47,007 nucleotides of DNA, from the NCBI GenBank assembly GCA_944363735.1, contig CALVVB010000004.1, positions 1 to 47,007 of the forward strand, written 5' to 3'. Of the stretch, positions 1 to 10,779 are shown piece by piece. The stretch's first letter is position 1; every line of letters begins with the position of its first letter. Below the pieces are notes generated by a model, which was not told the DNA's origin, did not search any database, and saw only the letters and a list, made by a program, of their open reading frames with translations. The position numbers were made by a program, and so were the translations under genes. This stretch comes from an uncultured Bacilli bacterium (GTDB lineage Bacteria > Bacillota_I > Bacilli_A > RF39 > UBA660).

Positions 1-464
1 ATCTCTAACAGTTCACTATCTATTTTCATATTCTCAATTAATGATAACAATTCATCTTCTGCAGTATATTGATTTAGTCTATCAAGTTCACTTTGAATCT
101 TCTCTGCTTGCCTTAAAAGTTTATTTTGTTCTAGTTCACTTGCATTACTTAGTTTTTCATAAATAACATTTAATTCTTGTTCTAACACTTCAATTGGTCT
201 TCCACTATATAAATAATCTAAGACATTTTTCTCTTTATCAGTAAAATTAATCTCTTGAGGAAGATAACCTATCTTTTTATTATTTACAGTTACTTTACCA
301 GCATCTAAAAACTCTTCTTTCAAGATAATTTTAAATAGAGTTGTCTTTCCTGCACCATTTACACCAACAACACCTACTTTATCATCATCTTCTATTAAAA
401 AGGAAGCATCATCATAGATGATTTCACTACCAAATGCTAGATACATATTTTGTCCCTTCATCAT
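1..464 (-). CDS. ABC-F family ATP-binding protein (5' part; runs off left edge)
   Basis: Manual translation MMKGQNMYLAFGSEIIYDDASFLIEDDDKVGVVGVNGAGKTTLFK...IGYLPQE; Walker A and Q-loop typical of ABC-F. Confidence 0.85.
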   Translation of the reverse strand, partial: MMKGQNMYLAFGSEIIYDDASFLIEDDDKVGVVGVNGAGKTTLFKIILKEEFLDAGKVTVNNKKIGYLPQEINFTDKEKNVLDYLYSGRPIEVLEQELNVIYEKLSNASELEQNKLLRQAEKIQSELDRLNQYTAEDELLSLIENMKIDSELLE

Positions 465-496
465 GTCACCTTCTTTAGATAGATTAATCTTAACAT

Positions 497-526
497 AAAA
501 TAGTTAGCATTTCCATACTAACTATT
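497..526 (-). terminator. Intrinsic terminator-like hairpin
   Basis: aaatagttag-N10-ctaactattt inverted repeat with A/T tails downstream of the serine hydrolase. Confidence 0.5.
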
Positions 527-624
527 TCTAATTACAATATCACAAGTATTTTTCGACATAACTATTGTAGCAATCAATAAAATCTTGTATAAATTTCTGA
601 ATGAATATACTATTAATACAATAA

Positions 625-1575
625 TTAAATTAAATTTCTAAATATTTCAGTAATATTTTTCATATTTTCTTCTGTTGACATTATTGTTATTAAAATATCC
701 TTATCTTTATTAACTATTATGTATTGTCCATTAGCACCATCTCTAAATATAAAACCATCACGTGATATAAAAACATAATACCCTATTCCTATTTTAGGAA
801 ACAATCTATCTTTTTTATAAGCACTTGGTGTTTCTAATTGCAATTTAGTTACTTCATTCATCCAATACTTAGAAATTACCTCTACTCCGTTAAATCTTCC
901 ATCATTTAATAATAATTTCCCTATCTTGTGAAAATCACTATGTTTTAAATATAAACCTGTCGCTCCTGGACAATAAATTCCATAATTATCCCATTTAAAT
1001 TCTAAAATTTTCAACTTTTTAAATATATTCTCATTTATAAAATCTTTCAAATTTATATTAAATGCTTCTTGAAAAAATACTGACAATACAAATGGTTCTA
1101 CGTTGTTATAAGCATATCTTTCATTAGGCTCATAAGGAATATCATAATTTAAAGCATAATCAAGTAATTTATTTTCATCAATATTCTCTATATATTTTTC
1201 AGACATCATTTGAGATTCATAACCTGTTGTATGAGTCAATAAAGTCCTTATTGTCCATTTTTTAATTTTTTGTAAATTATCTTCATTTCGAATATCTACT
1301 ATTTTCTCTATTACAGGGTAAATTTCAGTATCTAAGGATATTGCTTTTCCACTAACTTTCATCTTTCTATCAATAGCAATTCCAATAGCCATTGACACTA
1401 GTAATTTTGAGCAACTCCTTAACTCATGCAATTTATTATCTCTATATATAATTTTTTCAATTTCTTCGTTTTGTTCAATATAAATACTATCAATATTAAG
1501 GCTAGGTAAAGTTTTAGATAATTTTTCAATATTGTTTTTTAACTCATCTATATTAATAATCTTTTCCATATGCAA
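625..1575 (-). CDS. Serine hydrolase, beta-lactamase/AmpC-like family
   Basis: SxxK (SCSK), LLTHTTG, YxN (YNN), GLYL...KIGKLLLNDG and DGANGQ motifs. Confidence 0.85.
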   Translation of the reverse strand: MHMEKIINIDELKNNIEKLSKTLPSLNIDSIYIEQNEEIEKIIYRDNKLHELRSCSKLLVSMAIGIAIDRKMKVSGKAISLDTEIYPVIEKIVDIRNEDNLQKIKKWTIRTLLTHTTGYESQMMSEKYIENIDENKLLDYALNYDIPYEPNERYAYNNVEPFVLSVFFQEAFNINLKDFINENIFKKLKILEFKWDNYGIYCPGATGLYLKHSDFHKIGKLLLNDGRFNGVEVISKYWMNEVTKLQLETPSAYKKDRLFPKIGIGYYVFISRDGFIFRDGANGQYIIVNKDKDILITIMSTEENMKNITEIFRNLI

Positions 1576-1587
1576 TCTCCATAAAAA

Positions 1588-2325
1588 TTAATTCTCCTCT
1601 AAAAAATATTTAGCCATTCTTTCATAATTATCTTGACTATTTAGACAAGTATCTATTAAATAGCCTTTTTCATTATGAAGTTGATATTCTTTAATTCCTC
1701 TAATATAAAAATCTTTATTTCTATCTTCAATATAAAATGGCATTATATCATTATATAAACATTCTCTAAACATAATCATTCTGCCAACTCTACCATTGCC
1801 ATCTTGAAAAGGATGAATATGCTCAAACTTAACATGAAATTCTATTATATCTTCTAATTTTTTATTTTCTATACTATTATACCAATCTAACAAACTTTTC
1901 ATATCTTTACTAACATCTTTTGGTAAACTTGTTGTAATATTACCAACAAAATTCTTTTTCTTCTTATATTCACCTACATTAAACCATTCTTTTTCACTAT
2001 CAGTTAGAGTTCCATCTTTTAAAATAAAATGATATTTCTTAATCATATCTTCATCAAGAGGATTATCTAATGTATCTAACATATATTTAAATAATGTAAA
2101 ATGATTTTTAGTTTCTGTAGCATCTTTTAAAACTATTACTTTATCATTGTTTGCTAAAATAGTACCACTTTCAAAAATACTAGCAGTCTCATCAGGAGTT
2201 ATAGTAGATCCTTCTATATGATTAGTATTATATGCAAAGTCAATTTGTGTTTTATGATACAAATTACCTGGCAAATTTATTTTTCTTTGTTCTATTAAAG
2301 CTTTTTTTACATCACTTACTTGCAT
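1588..2325 (-). CDS. Fic family protein
   Basis: Canonical HPFQDGNGRVGR motif; N-terminal TNHIEGS. Confidence 0.92.
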   Translation of the reverse strand: MQVSDVKKALIEQRKINLPGNLYHKTQIDFAYNTNHIEGSTITPDETASIFESGTILANNDKVIVLKDATETKNHFTLFKYMLDTLDNPLDEDMIKKYHFILKDGTLTDSEKEWFNVGEYKKKKNFVGNITTSLPKDVSKDMKSLLDWYNSIENKKLEDIIEFHVKFEHIHPFQDGNGRVGRMIMFRECLYNDIMPFYIEDRNKDFYIRGIKEYQLHNEKGYLIDTCLNSQDNYERMAKYFLEEN

Positions 2326-2439
2326 AAATAAACCTCCTAAACATATTATTTATAATTATATTTTATCAAATTATTGAAAAAAAGTCTTTAGTTAAGGTGA
2401 TTAAATTAGACTTTTAACATTCATTTTATTTATATTATT

Positions 2440-2826
2440 TCACTTATAATCTTTATACCCTTCTGTTTTATAATCATTACATTTTATATAAAGCTTATAA
2501 TCTATACCACAATCTTCCACTGCAAATGTTTTTGCATACCCATCACAATATGATTTTCCTGAAGTATCTAGCATATCTTCTTTTTTTAAATAACCATTAT
2601 TAATTAAATGATCAGCAGTTATAGTCATTTCTTTAGTAATATTCTCTTCACAGTGTCTTTTACTATTACCAGTAGCATCCAAATTCCATATTACAGCTTC
2701 TTCAAATGCATCTTTTATTTCATTATATCTTTCTTTAGCATTATTAAAGTTAAATGTCATATAAATACTTAATAATATAATAACAATTACAACAAATATA
2801 ATTAAAATTAATATCTTTCTCTTCAT
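2440..2826 (-). CDS. Membrane-anchored hypothetical protein (pilin-like)
   Basis: Basic N-terminus, single TM helix, LINNGYL segment and paired C-terminal cysteines. Confidence 0.6.
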   Translation of the reverse strand: MKRKILILIIFVVIVIILLSIYMTFNFNNAKERYNEIKDAFEEAVIWNLDATGNSKRHCEENITKEMTITADHLINNGYLKKEDMLDTSGKSYCDGYAKTFAVEDCGIDYKLYIKCNDYKTEGYKDYK

Positions 2827-2867
2827 AACACACCTCTCATATTTATAATTATAACTATTATATCATA

Positions 2868-3854
2868 CTAATCCTTATTTAACTCTTCACTCAATTTACT
2901 TGTAATACCCCGTGGACTTCTAACAGATTTAACACCACAGCTTTTTAATCTTTCAAAAGTAAACTCATTGTCATTATATCTTTTAATTAGTTTTAACATC
3001 ATAACATCTTCATCTAAAGAAATAACTACACACTTAAACATAATATAAGCATAAGGCTCTGTAATATAGATGTAAACAATATCATTAATCATAAAGTTAT
3101 GTGACTTTCTCCAAGTAATAGTATCTTTATCATTAAAAGAATTAACAATATCATAATACTTTGGATTAGCAGGAATAATCCATTCTTTTTTTCTATTAGA
3201 TAAATCATAACTAATATCTATTAGATTCATAACTTTTTCATTAGATAAAGTATTATCTAAAGTAATGCTAACCCAACTCTTTTTACTCATGTGATATGCT
3301 GGATAAATACCTTCTTTATTTAAATAAGTATTAACTAAATCATCTAACTTTACATTTAACACTTCAACTTTTCCACTCTCATTAAGATTAAGGTTACTTC
3401 TATCTATATTCATAATAACCCCAAACCACTTATTACTACTTTTATTTCTAAATATTCCATAATTAGGATTAGACTCCCATAAGAATTCTTGCAAGACATT
3501 ATATTTTTCTTTAATTAAATTACTAACTTCATTAGACTGTTTATAAATAAAATATTCTTCAGTATAACAATTATTGGCGATAGATTCTAGTACTTTAATA
3601 TACTCATCTTTTACTCTATTAACAAAATCTCCTTTAACAATTTCAAGACGAAAGTTAGTATATTCATAGTCTCCATCTAGGTCATAAACTTTACCTATAA
3701 TATTACCTTTACTATTAATAGTAATATCGACTCTAAAAATATCATCCATAATTAATTTAGAATATTTATAAATATTGTTTTCTAATGTAAAACCATAAGG
3801 AATTAATTTATCTTTATTTAGTTTTCTCTTTTTAAAAACTTCATCTTCTAACAC
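2868..3854 (-). CDS. MmcQ/YjbR family DNA-binding protein with C-terminal EVE/PUA-like domain
   Basis: KWFGVIM, LNVK, PAYHMSKKSWVSI YjbR motifs; WIIPANPKYYD C-terminal domain. Confidence 0.8.
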   Translation of the reverse strand: MLEDEVFKKRKLNKDKLIPYGFTLENNIYKYSKLIMDDIFRVDITINSKGNIIGKVYDLDGDYEYTNFRLEIVKGDFVNRVKDEYIKVLESIANNCYTEEYFIYKQSNEVSNLIKEKYNVLQEFLWESNPNYGIFRNKSSNKWFGVIMNIDRSNLNLNESGKVEVLNVKLDDLVNTYLNKEGIYPAYHMSKKSWVSITLDNTLSNEKVMNLIDISYDLSNRKKEWIIPANPKYYDIVNSFNDKDTITWRKSHNFMINDIVYIYITEPYAYIMFKCVVISLDEDVMMLKLIKRYNDNEFTFERLKSCGVKSVRSPRGITSKLSEELNKD

Positions 3855-3907
3855 AATAGTTCCTCCTAATAAATTTATTATATAACAAAAAAGTTCTAAG
3901 TAAAACC

Positions 3908-4049
3908 TAGACCTTTATTAACTTATCTATAAATTCATTACAATCTTCCTTTATAAGAATAGATTTATCTTCTATTTCAAAAGTTGTATCAGAATATCTA
4001 TCATTTACGCTTAATACATCTCTTGTTAAAATTAAAAAATAGAAAATCA
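3908..4049 (-). pseudogene. Possible 3' gene remnant
   Basis: Open frame without a good start (...LTRDVLSVNDRYSDTTFEIEDKSILIKEDCNEFIDKLIKV*) followed by a terminator-like hairpin. Confidence 0.35.
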
Positions 4050-4054
4050 ATAAA

Positions 4055-4357
4055 CTATTTATGTTTATTTTTTTCTACAAACTGTTCTACTCTCATATGA
4101 AGATTATATTTATCTCTAAGCTTAGCAATCTCTTTCATCATTTCTGTTTTATGATGTTTATCTAAGACTTCTTCATTTTCCCATCTATCTATTAATAGAA
4201 CTGTCTCTTCATCATCCATTGGAAAGAAATACTCATACTTTAAATTACCTTCTTCATTTCTTATTCTCTCTACAAGACCACTTTCTACCATTTCTTTAGC
4301 AAAGGCTTTTGCACTACCATTCTTACCTGTATAATATATATTTATTGTTAAACTCAT
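4055..4357 (-). CDS. Antibiotic biosynthesis monooxygenase (ABM) family protein
   Basis: IRNEEGNLKYEYF...LLIDRW...LDKHH pattern, 100 aa. Confidence 0.85.
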   Translation of the reverse strand: MSLTINIYYTGKNGSAKAFAKEMVESGLVERIRNEEGNLKYEYFFPMDDEETVLLIDRWENEEVLDKHHKTEMMKEIAKLRDKYNLHMRVEQFVEKNKHK

Positions 4358-4359
4358 TA

Positions 4360-5013
4360 TTATTCCTCCTTTAGTTCATTAATATCTATAGTTAAAATAG
4401 AATCTTTATTTTCGTCTAACATACAGACCAATTTATTATCATCCCAACATTTAAAATCAATATCACAGCCTAGTTCATAATATTTTGAAGGTAAATTAAG
4501 CCAATTCCTAGACTCTACTATTTCCATAGGTTTAGTAAAATCTAAAACAATTAATGAATATGGAGTTCCCCAGTAACAACCACTAACTACTAACAAGTTA
4601 CTATTAATATTATAATTAACATCACACCAAATAAAAGTTTCTTTATTATCTAAATAAGATTCACTTGGTATATAATTAATACATTCTAATGTCTTTAAGT
4701 TTAAAACACTATAACCATATAAATCTATAGAAAATAACAAATATTTATTACCATCAGAATGTTTTATAATAGTAGCATATCTAGATATATTATAAATATT
4801 TTTCCATTCATAAATCATTTTTTCATCTTTATATAATCTACATATTTCCCCATCTTTGTTACTATCTATATCTTTATAGTAATAATATTTTATAGAATAT
4901 TCATCATCTAACTCTACTTCATTTGTTGGCTTTAATAAATTACATTTAGTATAAACTAATTTATCTAACTCCTTAATTAACTGATTATATTCTTCACTAC
5001 CATAAAAGTTCAT
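4360..5013 (-). CDS. Hypothetical protein
   Basis: Long ORF, ATG (MNFYG) after GAGG RBS; no recognised motif. Confidence 0.7.
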   Translation of the reverse strand: MNFYGSEEYNQLIKELDKLVYTKCNLLKPTNEVELDDEYSIKYYYYKDIDSNKDGEICRLYKDEKMIYEWKNIYNISRYATIIKHSDGNKYLLFSIDLYGYSVLNLKTLECINYIPSESYLDNKETFIWCDVNYNINSNLLVVSGCYWGTPYSLIVLDFTKPMEIVESRNWLNLPSKYYELGCDIDFKCWDDNKLVCMLDENKDSILTIDINELKEE

Positions 5014-5014
5014 A

Positions 5015-5647
5015 TTAATTACCTCGATCTTTCCAAAATTTATAAATAATACTAGCAAGTTCTTTCGGATTATCTACATTAACTTCGTGAGAAGAATTAT
5101 TTATAGTTTTAAAAGAGCTATTATTAATAAATTTATTTAATAATTTTGCACTTTCCATGTTTTGACTATCTTTAACACCACATAAAATCAAAGTTTTACA
5201 AGTTATTTTATCTAAATTACTAGTTATATCTAAATTACTCATAGAATTAACAAGAGAAATAAAATCTTTCTTCTTACAACCAATTTTCTCAAAAGTAGAT
5301 CTAGGCATTATCTTAAATATTAAGCCTTGAACCTTAAAAAGAAACTTATGTATTTTATAAGGTGTTCCAATTAATATAAGAGAATTTACTTTATCAGGAA
5401 ACTCTTTTGCATAGTGTAAAGCAAGTATACCCCCAAGAGAAAGGCCACATAGATTTAATTTTTCATCAAATCCATTACAATAATTAACAAACTGTTTATA
5501 TAAAGTATCATAATCTGATGTAATATCTTTTAGCATTGAATATAAACTAGGAGTTTCTACCTTTATATTATTACTTTTTAACTCTTCTTCTACTTTATTC
5601 CAACTTACTTCGTTTTGTCCTAATCCGTGTATTAAAATATTTTTCAT
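5015..5647 (-). CDS. Alpha/beta fold hydrolase
   Basis: IHGLG oxyanion motif, GLSLGG nucleophile elbow, catalytic D (GVKD) and H (SSHE). Confidence 0.9.
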   Translation of the reverse strand: MKNILIHGLGQNEVSWNKVEEELKSNNIKVETPSLYSMLKDITSDYDTLYKQFVNYCNGFDEKLNLCGLSLGGILALHYAKEFPDKVNSLILIGTPYKIHKFLFKVQGLIFKIMPRSTFEKIGCKKKDFISLVNSMSNLDITSNLDKITCKTLILCGVKDSQNMESAKLLNKFINNSSFKTINNSSHEVNVDNPKELASIIYKFWKDRGN

Positions 5648-5666
5648 TACATCAATTCCTTCATTA

Positions 5667-6869
5667 CTAATTATTATCTTGTAAAAGCCAATCAACTACA
5701 TTTATTTTAGTTATTCCATCATAGTCTGACTCTAAATCCATATCTAATGTTAATAAATATTTAGGATAATGATCACCAGTTTTTTGTAATGAACGTAATT
5801 CTCTTTGTAATACTTTCTCATCCCGAACTGTTAAAGCTACTTGAAAATATTTTAAGCCATCACGAGATTCAGCGACAAAATCAACTTCTAAGTAATCAAC
5901 TTTACCAACATATACTCTATAACCTCTTCTTAATAGTTCAAGATATACTATATTTTCAAGAATATGTCCCATATCGCTATCTGCTTTCTTACCTAATAAA
6001 TAACTTCTTAATCCTTGATCTACTACATAGTATTTATAATCTCTAGCTAGTAAGTTTTTACCTTTAACATCAAATCTTTCAGCTTTATATATTAAAAAGC
6101 TCTCTATAAAAGCAGTTATATACTTTTCAACAGTATGATTACTAGTACTAATTCCTTTACTAGTTAAAGTATCACTTATTTTTTTAGTTGATATAGGGCT
6201 ACCAATACTATCAAAAATAAACTTTAACACGCTTTCTAAAAGCATTTTATCATTGATATTATTTCTAGCCATAATATCTTTATAAACGATAGTAGAAAAA
6301 ATTCCATCTAAATATTTATCTAAATCATTAGGATTAGATTTTATAATACTAATATTTCCAGGCATTCCACCATTTCTCATATAGTTTAAAAATAATTGTT
6401 GATAATTATTATCATCAAAAGCAGATACATACTCTTTAAATGATAATGGTAACATTTTAATTTCTATATATCTACCTGATAATAAAGTCGCAAGTTCTCC
6501 TGATAATAAATAAGCATTAGACCCAGTAATATATACATCTACATTTTTCTTTATATATAAACTATCAACAGCCTTTTGAAACATAGGTACATTTTGAACT
6601 TCATCCAAAAAGACATAATATTGATTTTTAGAATCTATTTTTTCTTTTATATAATCATATAGTTGTTTATAGTCTTCAAAATTATAATCAGCATCTTCTA
6701 AATTTAAAGATATTATTTGTTCATTACTAATACCAGTACTCTTTAAATAATCTATAAATAATTGAAACAAAGTAGATTTACCACATCTTCTTATACCAGT
6801 AATAACTTTTATTAAATCTTTGTCTTTCCATCTTTTTAATTCTTCAAGATATTCTGTTCTTTCTATCAT
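5667..6869 (-). CDS. AAA_14 ATPase with DUF4143 C-terminal domain
   Basis: GIRRCGKS Walker A, FLDEVQ Walker B, TGSNA, LSGRY, LENIVYLEL, EVDFV. Confidence 0.92.
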   Translation of the reverse strand: MIERTEYLEELKRWKDKDLIKVITGIRRCGKSTLFQLFIDYLKSTGISNEQIISLNLEDADYNFEDYKQLYDYIKEKIDSKNQYYVFLDEVQNVPMFQKAVDSLYIKKNVDVYITGSNAYLLSGELATLLSGRYIEIKMLPLSFKEYVSAFDDNNYQQLFLNYMRNGGMPGNISIIKSNPNDLDKYLDGIFSTIVYKDIMARNNINDKMLLESVLKFIFDSIGSPISTKKISDTLTSKGISTSNHTVEKYITAFIESFLIYKAERFDVKGKNLLARDYKYYVVDQGLRSYLLGKKADSDMGHILENIVYLELLRRGYRVYVGKVDYLEVDFVAESRDGLKYFQVALTVRDEKVLQRELRSLQKTGDHYPKYLLTLDMDLESDYDGITKINVVDWLLQDNN

Positions 6870-6992
6870 AGTTTTTCACCTCTACTATGAGTATACATTA
6901 AAAAATATACAAAGTCAAATTATGGAAATATTGTTCCAAAACTCTTACGTTTTATTATCTTCTGGAACTTGTAATTTGAATAAAACTATATC

Positions 6993-7286
6993 TTAAACAT
7001 AATAAATAATTTCTTTATTTAAAGATTTAGCATACTCTATTTCACTTTTAGTGCTATTACCAATATAACCATCTACATTAACAACTAAAATAGCATCACT
7101 TAACTTTATTTTTTCTTTATGCATTTTATCGATTATTAAAGCTTCTTCTTTGCTATAATCATCTTTACTAGATCTTGATAATTCATTAGGCATTAATACA
7201 CAATTACCTTCTAAAGTTAATTTTTCTGCTATATCTATCATCTCTTTTTTAAATCTATAACTACCACATACTGTTATTACTTTCAT
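6993..7286 (-). CDS. Small nucleoside 2-deoxyribosyltransferase-like (DUF4406-like) protein
   Basis: ITVCGS...KIKLSDAILVVN..GYIGNSTKSEIEYA pattern. Confidence 0.65.
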   Translation of the reverse strand: MKVITVCGSYRFKKEMIDIAEKLTLEGNCVLMPNELSRSSKDDYSKEEALIIDKMHKEKIKLSDAILVVNVDGYIGNSTKSEIEYAKSLNKEIIYYV

Positions 7287-7288
7287 AT

Positions 7289-7852
7289 TTACTCACAACT
7301 GCCTCCATTATCTTCAAAATACTTTTCTATATTTTCTACACTATGCTCTATATTAGCATAATCTGTAATATCTTTTAAATAGATTTCCATATCTTTATTA
7401 CACTCCATACATTCAAAATAATTATCTTCTCCAATTGTAATCAAATAATTATTATCTCCAATAGAACAATTTAAATCAGCAGATATTATCTCTGTCGTTG
7501 TCCTTTGCTCATTAGGAAAAACAGTAAATAAAATTAATGCAATGACAAAAAGTATTACATATATTATTGATAAGATTCCTATTACTTTTAAAATTTTAAT
7601 TATAATACCTGCTAACTTTTCTGTATTACTAACTTTAGCTTCTAAAACATTTTTAATATCATTATCAGTTAATTCATCTAAACTAACATTAAATACTTTA
7701 GATAATTCTTTCGCTTGTTTAATATCAGGAGCTGTCTCACCTAACTCCCATTTAGATATTGTTTGCCTACTAACTCCTATCTTTTCTGCTAATGCTTCTT
7801 GAGAAAGATTGTTTTTCTTTCTCAATTCTAATATTTTATTTCCTATTTCCAT
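7289..7852 (-). CDS. XRE-family HTH regulator with TM helix and extracellular C-terminal domain
   Basis: LSQEALAEKIGVSRQTISKWELG HTH; hydrophobic segment; GAGGTG RBS. Confidence 0.9.
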   Translation of the reverse strand: MEIGNKILELRKKNNLSQEALAEKIGVSRQTISKWELGETAPDIKQAKELSKVFNVSLDELTDNDIKNVLEAKVSNTEKLAGIIIKILKVIGILSIIYVILFVIALILFTVFPNEQRTTTEIISADLNCSIGDNNYLITIGEDNYFECMECNKDMEIYLKDITDYANIEHSVENIEKYFEDNGGSCE

Positions 7853-7866
7853 TTTTTTCACCTCAT

Positions 7867-8043
7867 TTAAAAGTATATAATCTTAAAGCTTTTTAATCTA
7901 GCAATATATAATGCTTTTCTTTTAGGAGTAGGAATACCATAAAAATCAAATAGGTTTCGCATATATTTTGCCATTGCTATAGCATTTTCTTTATCTTCAT
8001 TCTTTTCAAAAAGTTTTTTTATTTCTAAGTATTTATCCATCAT
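7867..8043 (-). pseudogene. Truncated AlkD-like DNA alkylation repair protein (N-terminal remnant)
   Basis: Manual translation MMDKYLEIKKLFEKNEDKENAIAMAKYMRNLFDFYGIPTPKRKAL..., matching the AlkD N-terminal motif, then running into the next promoter. Confidence 0.75.
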
Positions 8044-8064
8044 AATCCCACTTTCAAATTAATA

Positions 8065-8850
8065 TTAATTATTACCAACATCATTATTAATATAATTATC
8101 AAAATATTTAAACATATCAGTCATTATATTCTTACCTATTTCATTTGTTTTATTAGAATCCATAATAATATTATATATCTCATCTTGTGTCATAGTTTGA
8201 AAAAGATATCTTACAGCAAGATAAGATAATTTATATAAATCATAATTATCATTTCTAAAATCATTTCCGTGTTTTATTCCTTTTAATTCTGGAATATATT
8301 TTGTTTCCTTTTTTACTTTATTATAAAACTTAACAAATTCATTAAAGTCTTGTTCTAAATAATCATATTCTCCTGATAAATTTTGAGCTAGTCCCTCATC
8401 AAACCAAACAACTCTGAAATTAGAACTTCCACTAACACAATTATTAAGATAAATAATATGAACAAGTTCGTGAATTGGAGTAGATATTCTTCTTCTATAA
8501 ACTTTATCAGAAATATATTCATTTTTATTATCTTTTAGAGCATATATACCATTTTTATCTTTTCTTAATTCAACAAATTGATTACACATACCTTTATCAT
8601 AAGTGCCAACTGCATAATCAGGTAATGTATTGTTTCCATTTCTTAAATCGTTTATAACAAAACTTCTAAACTTTTTAATATCATCAAACAAATTAATTTG
8701 ATATTTACTATAACTTTTTAAATGATAAAAGTTAAATACTTTCTCACATTGCTTATAAAAATAACTGACAATATCATCTACAATAAACTTTAAACTGTCT
8801 GGTGCACATATTTTTAATTTATCATCCTCATATTGTATTTTTTCTACCAT
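8065..8850 (-). CDS. Putative zinc metallopeptidase (gluzincin/MA-like)
   Basis: HELVH plus WFDEGLA third-ligand motif. Confidence 0.7.
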   Translation of the reverse strand: MVEKIQYEDDKLKICAPDSLKFIVDDIVSYFYKQCEKVFNFYHLKSYSKYQINLFDDIKKFRSFVINDLRNGNNTLPDYAVGTYDKGMCNQFVELRKDKNGIYALKDNKNEYISDKVYRRRISTPIHELVHIIYLNNCVSGSSNFRVVWFDEGLAQNLSGEYDYLEQDFNEFVKFYNKVKKETKYIPELKGIKHGNDFRNDNYDLYKLSYLAVRYLFQTMTQDEIYNIIMDSNKTNEIGKNIMTDMFKYFDNYINNDVGNN

Positions 8851-8879
8851 AACTTTCTCCCTGAATTAAAATCTATTAT

Positions 8880-9287
8880 TTATTTTTCTTTATATAGTTT
8901 TATCCAACCTATATCTAACCAAAATTTCACTTCATCATATGCTGATAACTCTTCAGACGGCATATTTAAAATATAGATATCTATATTTTTATTATGAATT
9001 AAATTTAGAATTACAACATAAGTTAACTCTGCAATAGCACTAGCACCTATATAACCTTTAATTCCATTTTTTTCTTCATTCATTAGAAAAAACACATCAG
9101 TATTTTCTAAAGCATTATAAAAGTTTTTATATACTATAGGTAATTCTTCTGTATATTTATCTTGTTCAATTAATCTTGGGTAATCTAATATTTCATAATT
9201 TTGCTTTTTAAAATAATCTAACCAGTAATTAACTTTATCTTGTAATTTACTACTTACTGAAATAACAATTTTTTTCATAAACTTCAT
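8880..9287 (-). CDS. Hypothetical protein (nucleoside deoxyribosyltransferase-like fold)
   Basis: DVFFLMNEEKNGIKGYIGASAIAEL resembles the 6993-7286 family motif. Confidence 0.6.
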   Translation of the reverse strand: MKFMKKIVISVSSKLQDKVNYWLDYFKKQNYEILDYPRLIEQDKYTEELPIVYKNFYNALENTDVFFLMNEEKNGIKGYIGASAIAELTYVVILNLIHNKNIDIYILNMPSEELSAYDEVKFWLDIGWIKLYKEK

Positions 9288-9310
9288 CTCACTTTCAAAA
9301 TATAATTATA

Positions 9311-9830
9311 TTAATCTATCTTATAAATATAATTCTCTTTTCTTGGTTTTTCCTTCACTTCCATATCAGGATAGCCTAATATACAGTTACCTATTCCTTC
9401 ATAGTCTCCAGTAATTCCTAAAGACTTTAATATTTCTTTTCCCTCTTCTGTTTCAAACTCTTCTTTTTGCTCGATGTATCCAACAGCTACCAAGTCCTAA
9501 AGAACTTGCCGCTAGCATCATATTTTCCATAACTAAACTTCCATCATAAATATATGTAGGAACTGTCTTATCTGCTAGTACGACAATAACAACAGGTGCG
9601 CCATAAAAAGGATCAGTATCTACTCCCATAATCTTAGCATTTAATTTAGATAGTTTATCTCTGACCTCTTTATTAGTAATAGCAATTATTATAGGAGACT
9701 GTCTATTCATACCAGATGGTGCATAAGTACCTGCTTTTAACACTTCATCAATTAAATCATCAGGAACCATATCACTTTTATATTTCTTTATACTTCTTCT
9801 TTCTACTAGATTTTTAATAACTTCATTCAT
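9311..9830 (-). pseudogene. Nitroreductase family protein with +1 frameshift
   Basis: RRSIKKY, APSGMNRQ, SLGLGSCWIHRAK in one frame; EEFETEEGK...GNCILGYP...KPRK in the next; one extra A in an A5 run at 9464-9468. Confidence 0.8.
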
Positions 9831-9892
9831 AAGTAATTCCTCCTACTTTAAGTATAGCATTTATTCCAAAAGAAAAATAGTAGTTTAAATTA

Positions 9893-10180
9893 CTATTTAT
9901 CACAATAAATCTTATCTAATTCTTCTTCTATATCTTTGATAGTTTTCTTTAACTTTTCAATATCAGAGCTATCATTACTTATATCTTTATTATCAATTTT
10001 ACTAGCATCAATTGTAATTTGTTGAGAAGCATATGTTTGCATAGTAAGACCAACTAATTGTAACCAGTTTCCAATACTATCCTGCTCTTCTAAAGACAAC
10101 TTTTGTGATAGTATTAAACCTATTAAAAAGGCCGATGTCGCAAAACTATTAGGTTCAATATTAAAAAATATTCTTTCCAT
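9893..10180 (-). CDS. Small hypothetical protein (DUF6774-like)
   Basis: LSLEEQDSIGNWLQLVG.TM.T pattern. Confidence 0.6.
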   Translation of the reverse strand: MERIFFNIEPNSFATSAFLIGLILSQKLSLEEQDSIGNWLQLVGLTMQTYASQQITIDASKIDNKDISNDSSDIEKLKKTIKDIEEELDKIYCDK

Positions 10181-10230
10181 AAGTATCACTACCTATTAAA
10201 ATTATTAATCTTTATAGTATATGCAAAATA

Positions 10231-10779
10231 TTAATTTGTGTATTTCTTATAAAATGAACAGTCTTTATCGTGTGAATTAATAATACCTATCGCCTGTAAA
10301 TAAGAATAAATAATAGTACTTCCTACAAACTTCATACCTCTTTTCTTTAGATCTCTCGATATAACATCAGATAAAATATTAGTAGTCTTACCTACTTCAT
10401 ATATAATTTTATCTTTAGTAAATACTTTTAAATAGTTATAAAAACTGCCATATTCATTCTTTATATCTCTAAAAATAATAGCATTACTTATACTAGCTTT
10501 TATCTTTAATCTATTTCTAATAATATCTTTATTCTCTAACAACTCTTTAATCTTTTCATTACTATAAGAACAAACTTTATCTAACTCAAAATTATCATAG
10601 TCTTTTCTAAAACTCTCTCTTTTATTTAAAACACATTCCCAAGATAGTCCTGCCTGAAATGATTCTAATATTAACATTTCAAACAAATATTTATCATCAA
10701 AATTAGGTACTCCCCACTCTTCATCGTGATATTTAATGTATATTGGATTATTTAAGTTACACCATTTACATCTTTTCAT
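10231..10779 (-). CDS. tag: DNA-3-methyladenine glycosylase I
   Basis: RCKW, YHDEEWG, LESFQAGLSW, IIRNRLKI, GMKFVG, NSHDKDC. Confidence 0.95.
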   Translation of the reverse strand: MKRCKWCNLNNPIYIKYHDEEWGVPNFDDKYLFEMLILESFQAGLSWECVLNKRESFRKDYDNFELDKVCSYSNEKIKELLENKDIIRNRLKIKASISNAIIFRDIKNEYGSFYNYLKVFTKDKIIYEVGKTTNILSDVISRDLKKRGMKFVGSTIIYSYLQAIGIINSHDKDCSFYKKYTN

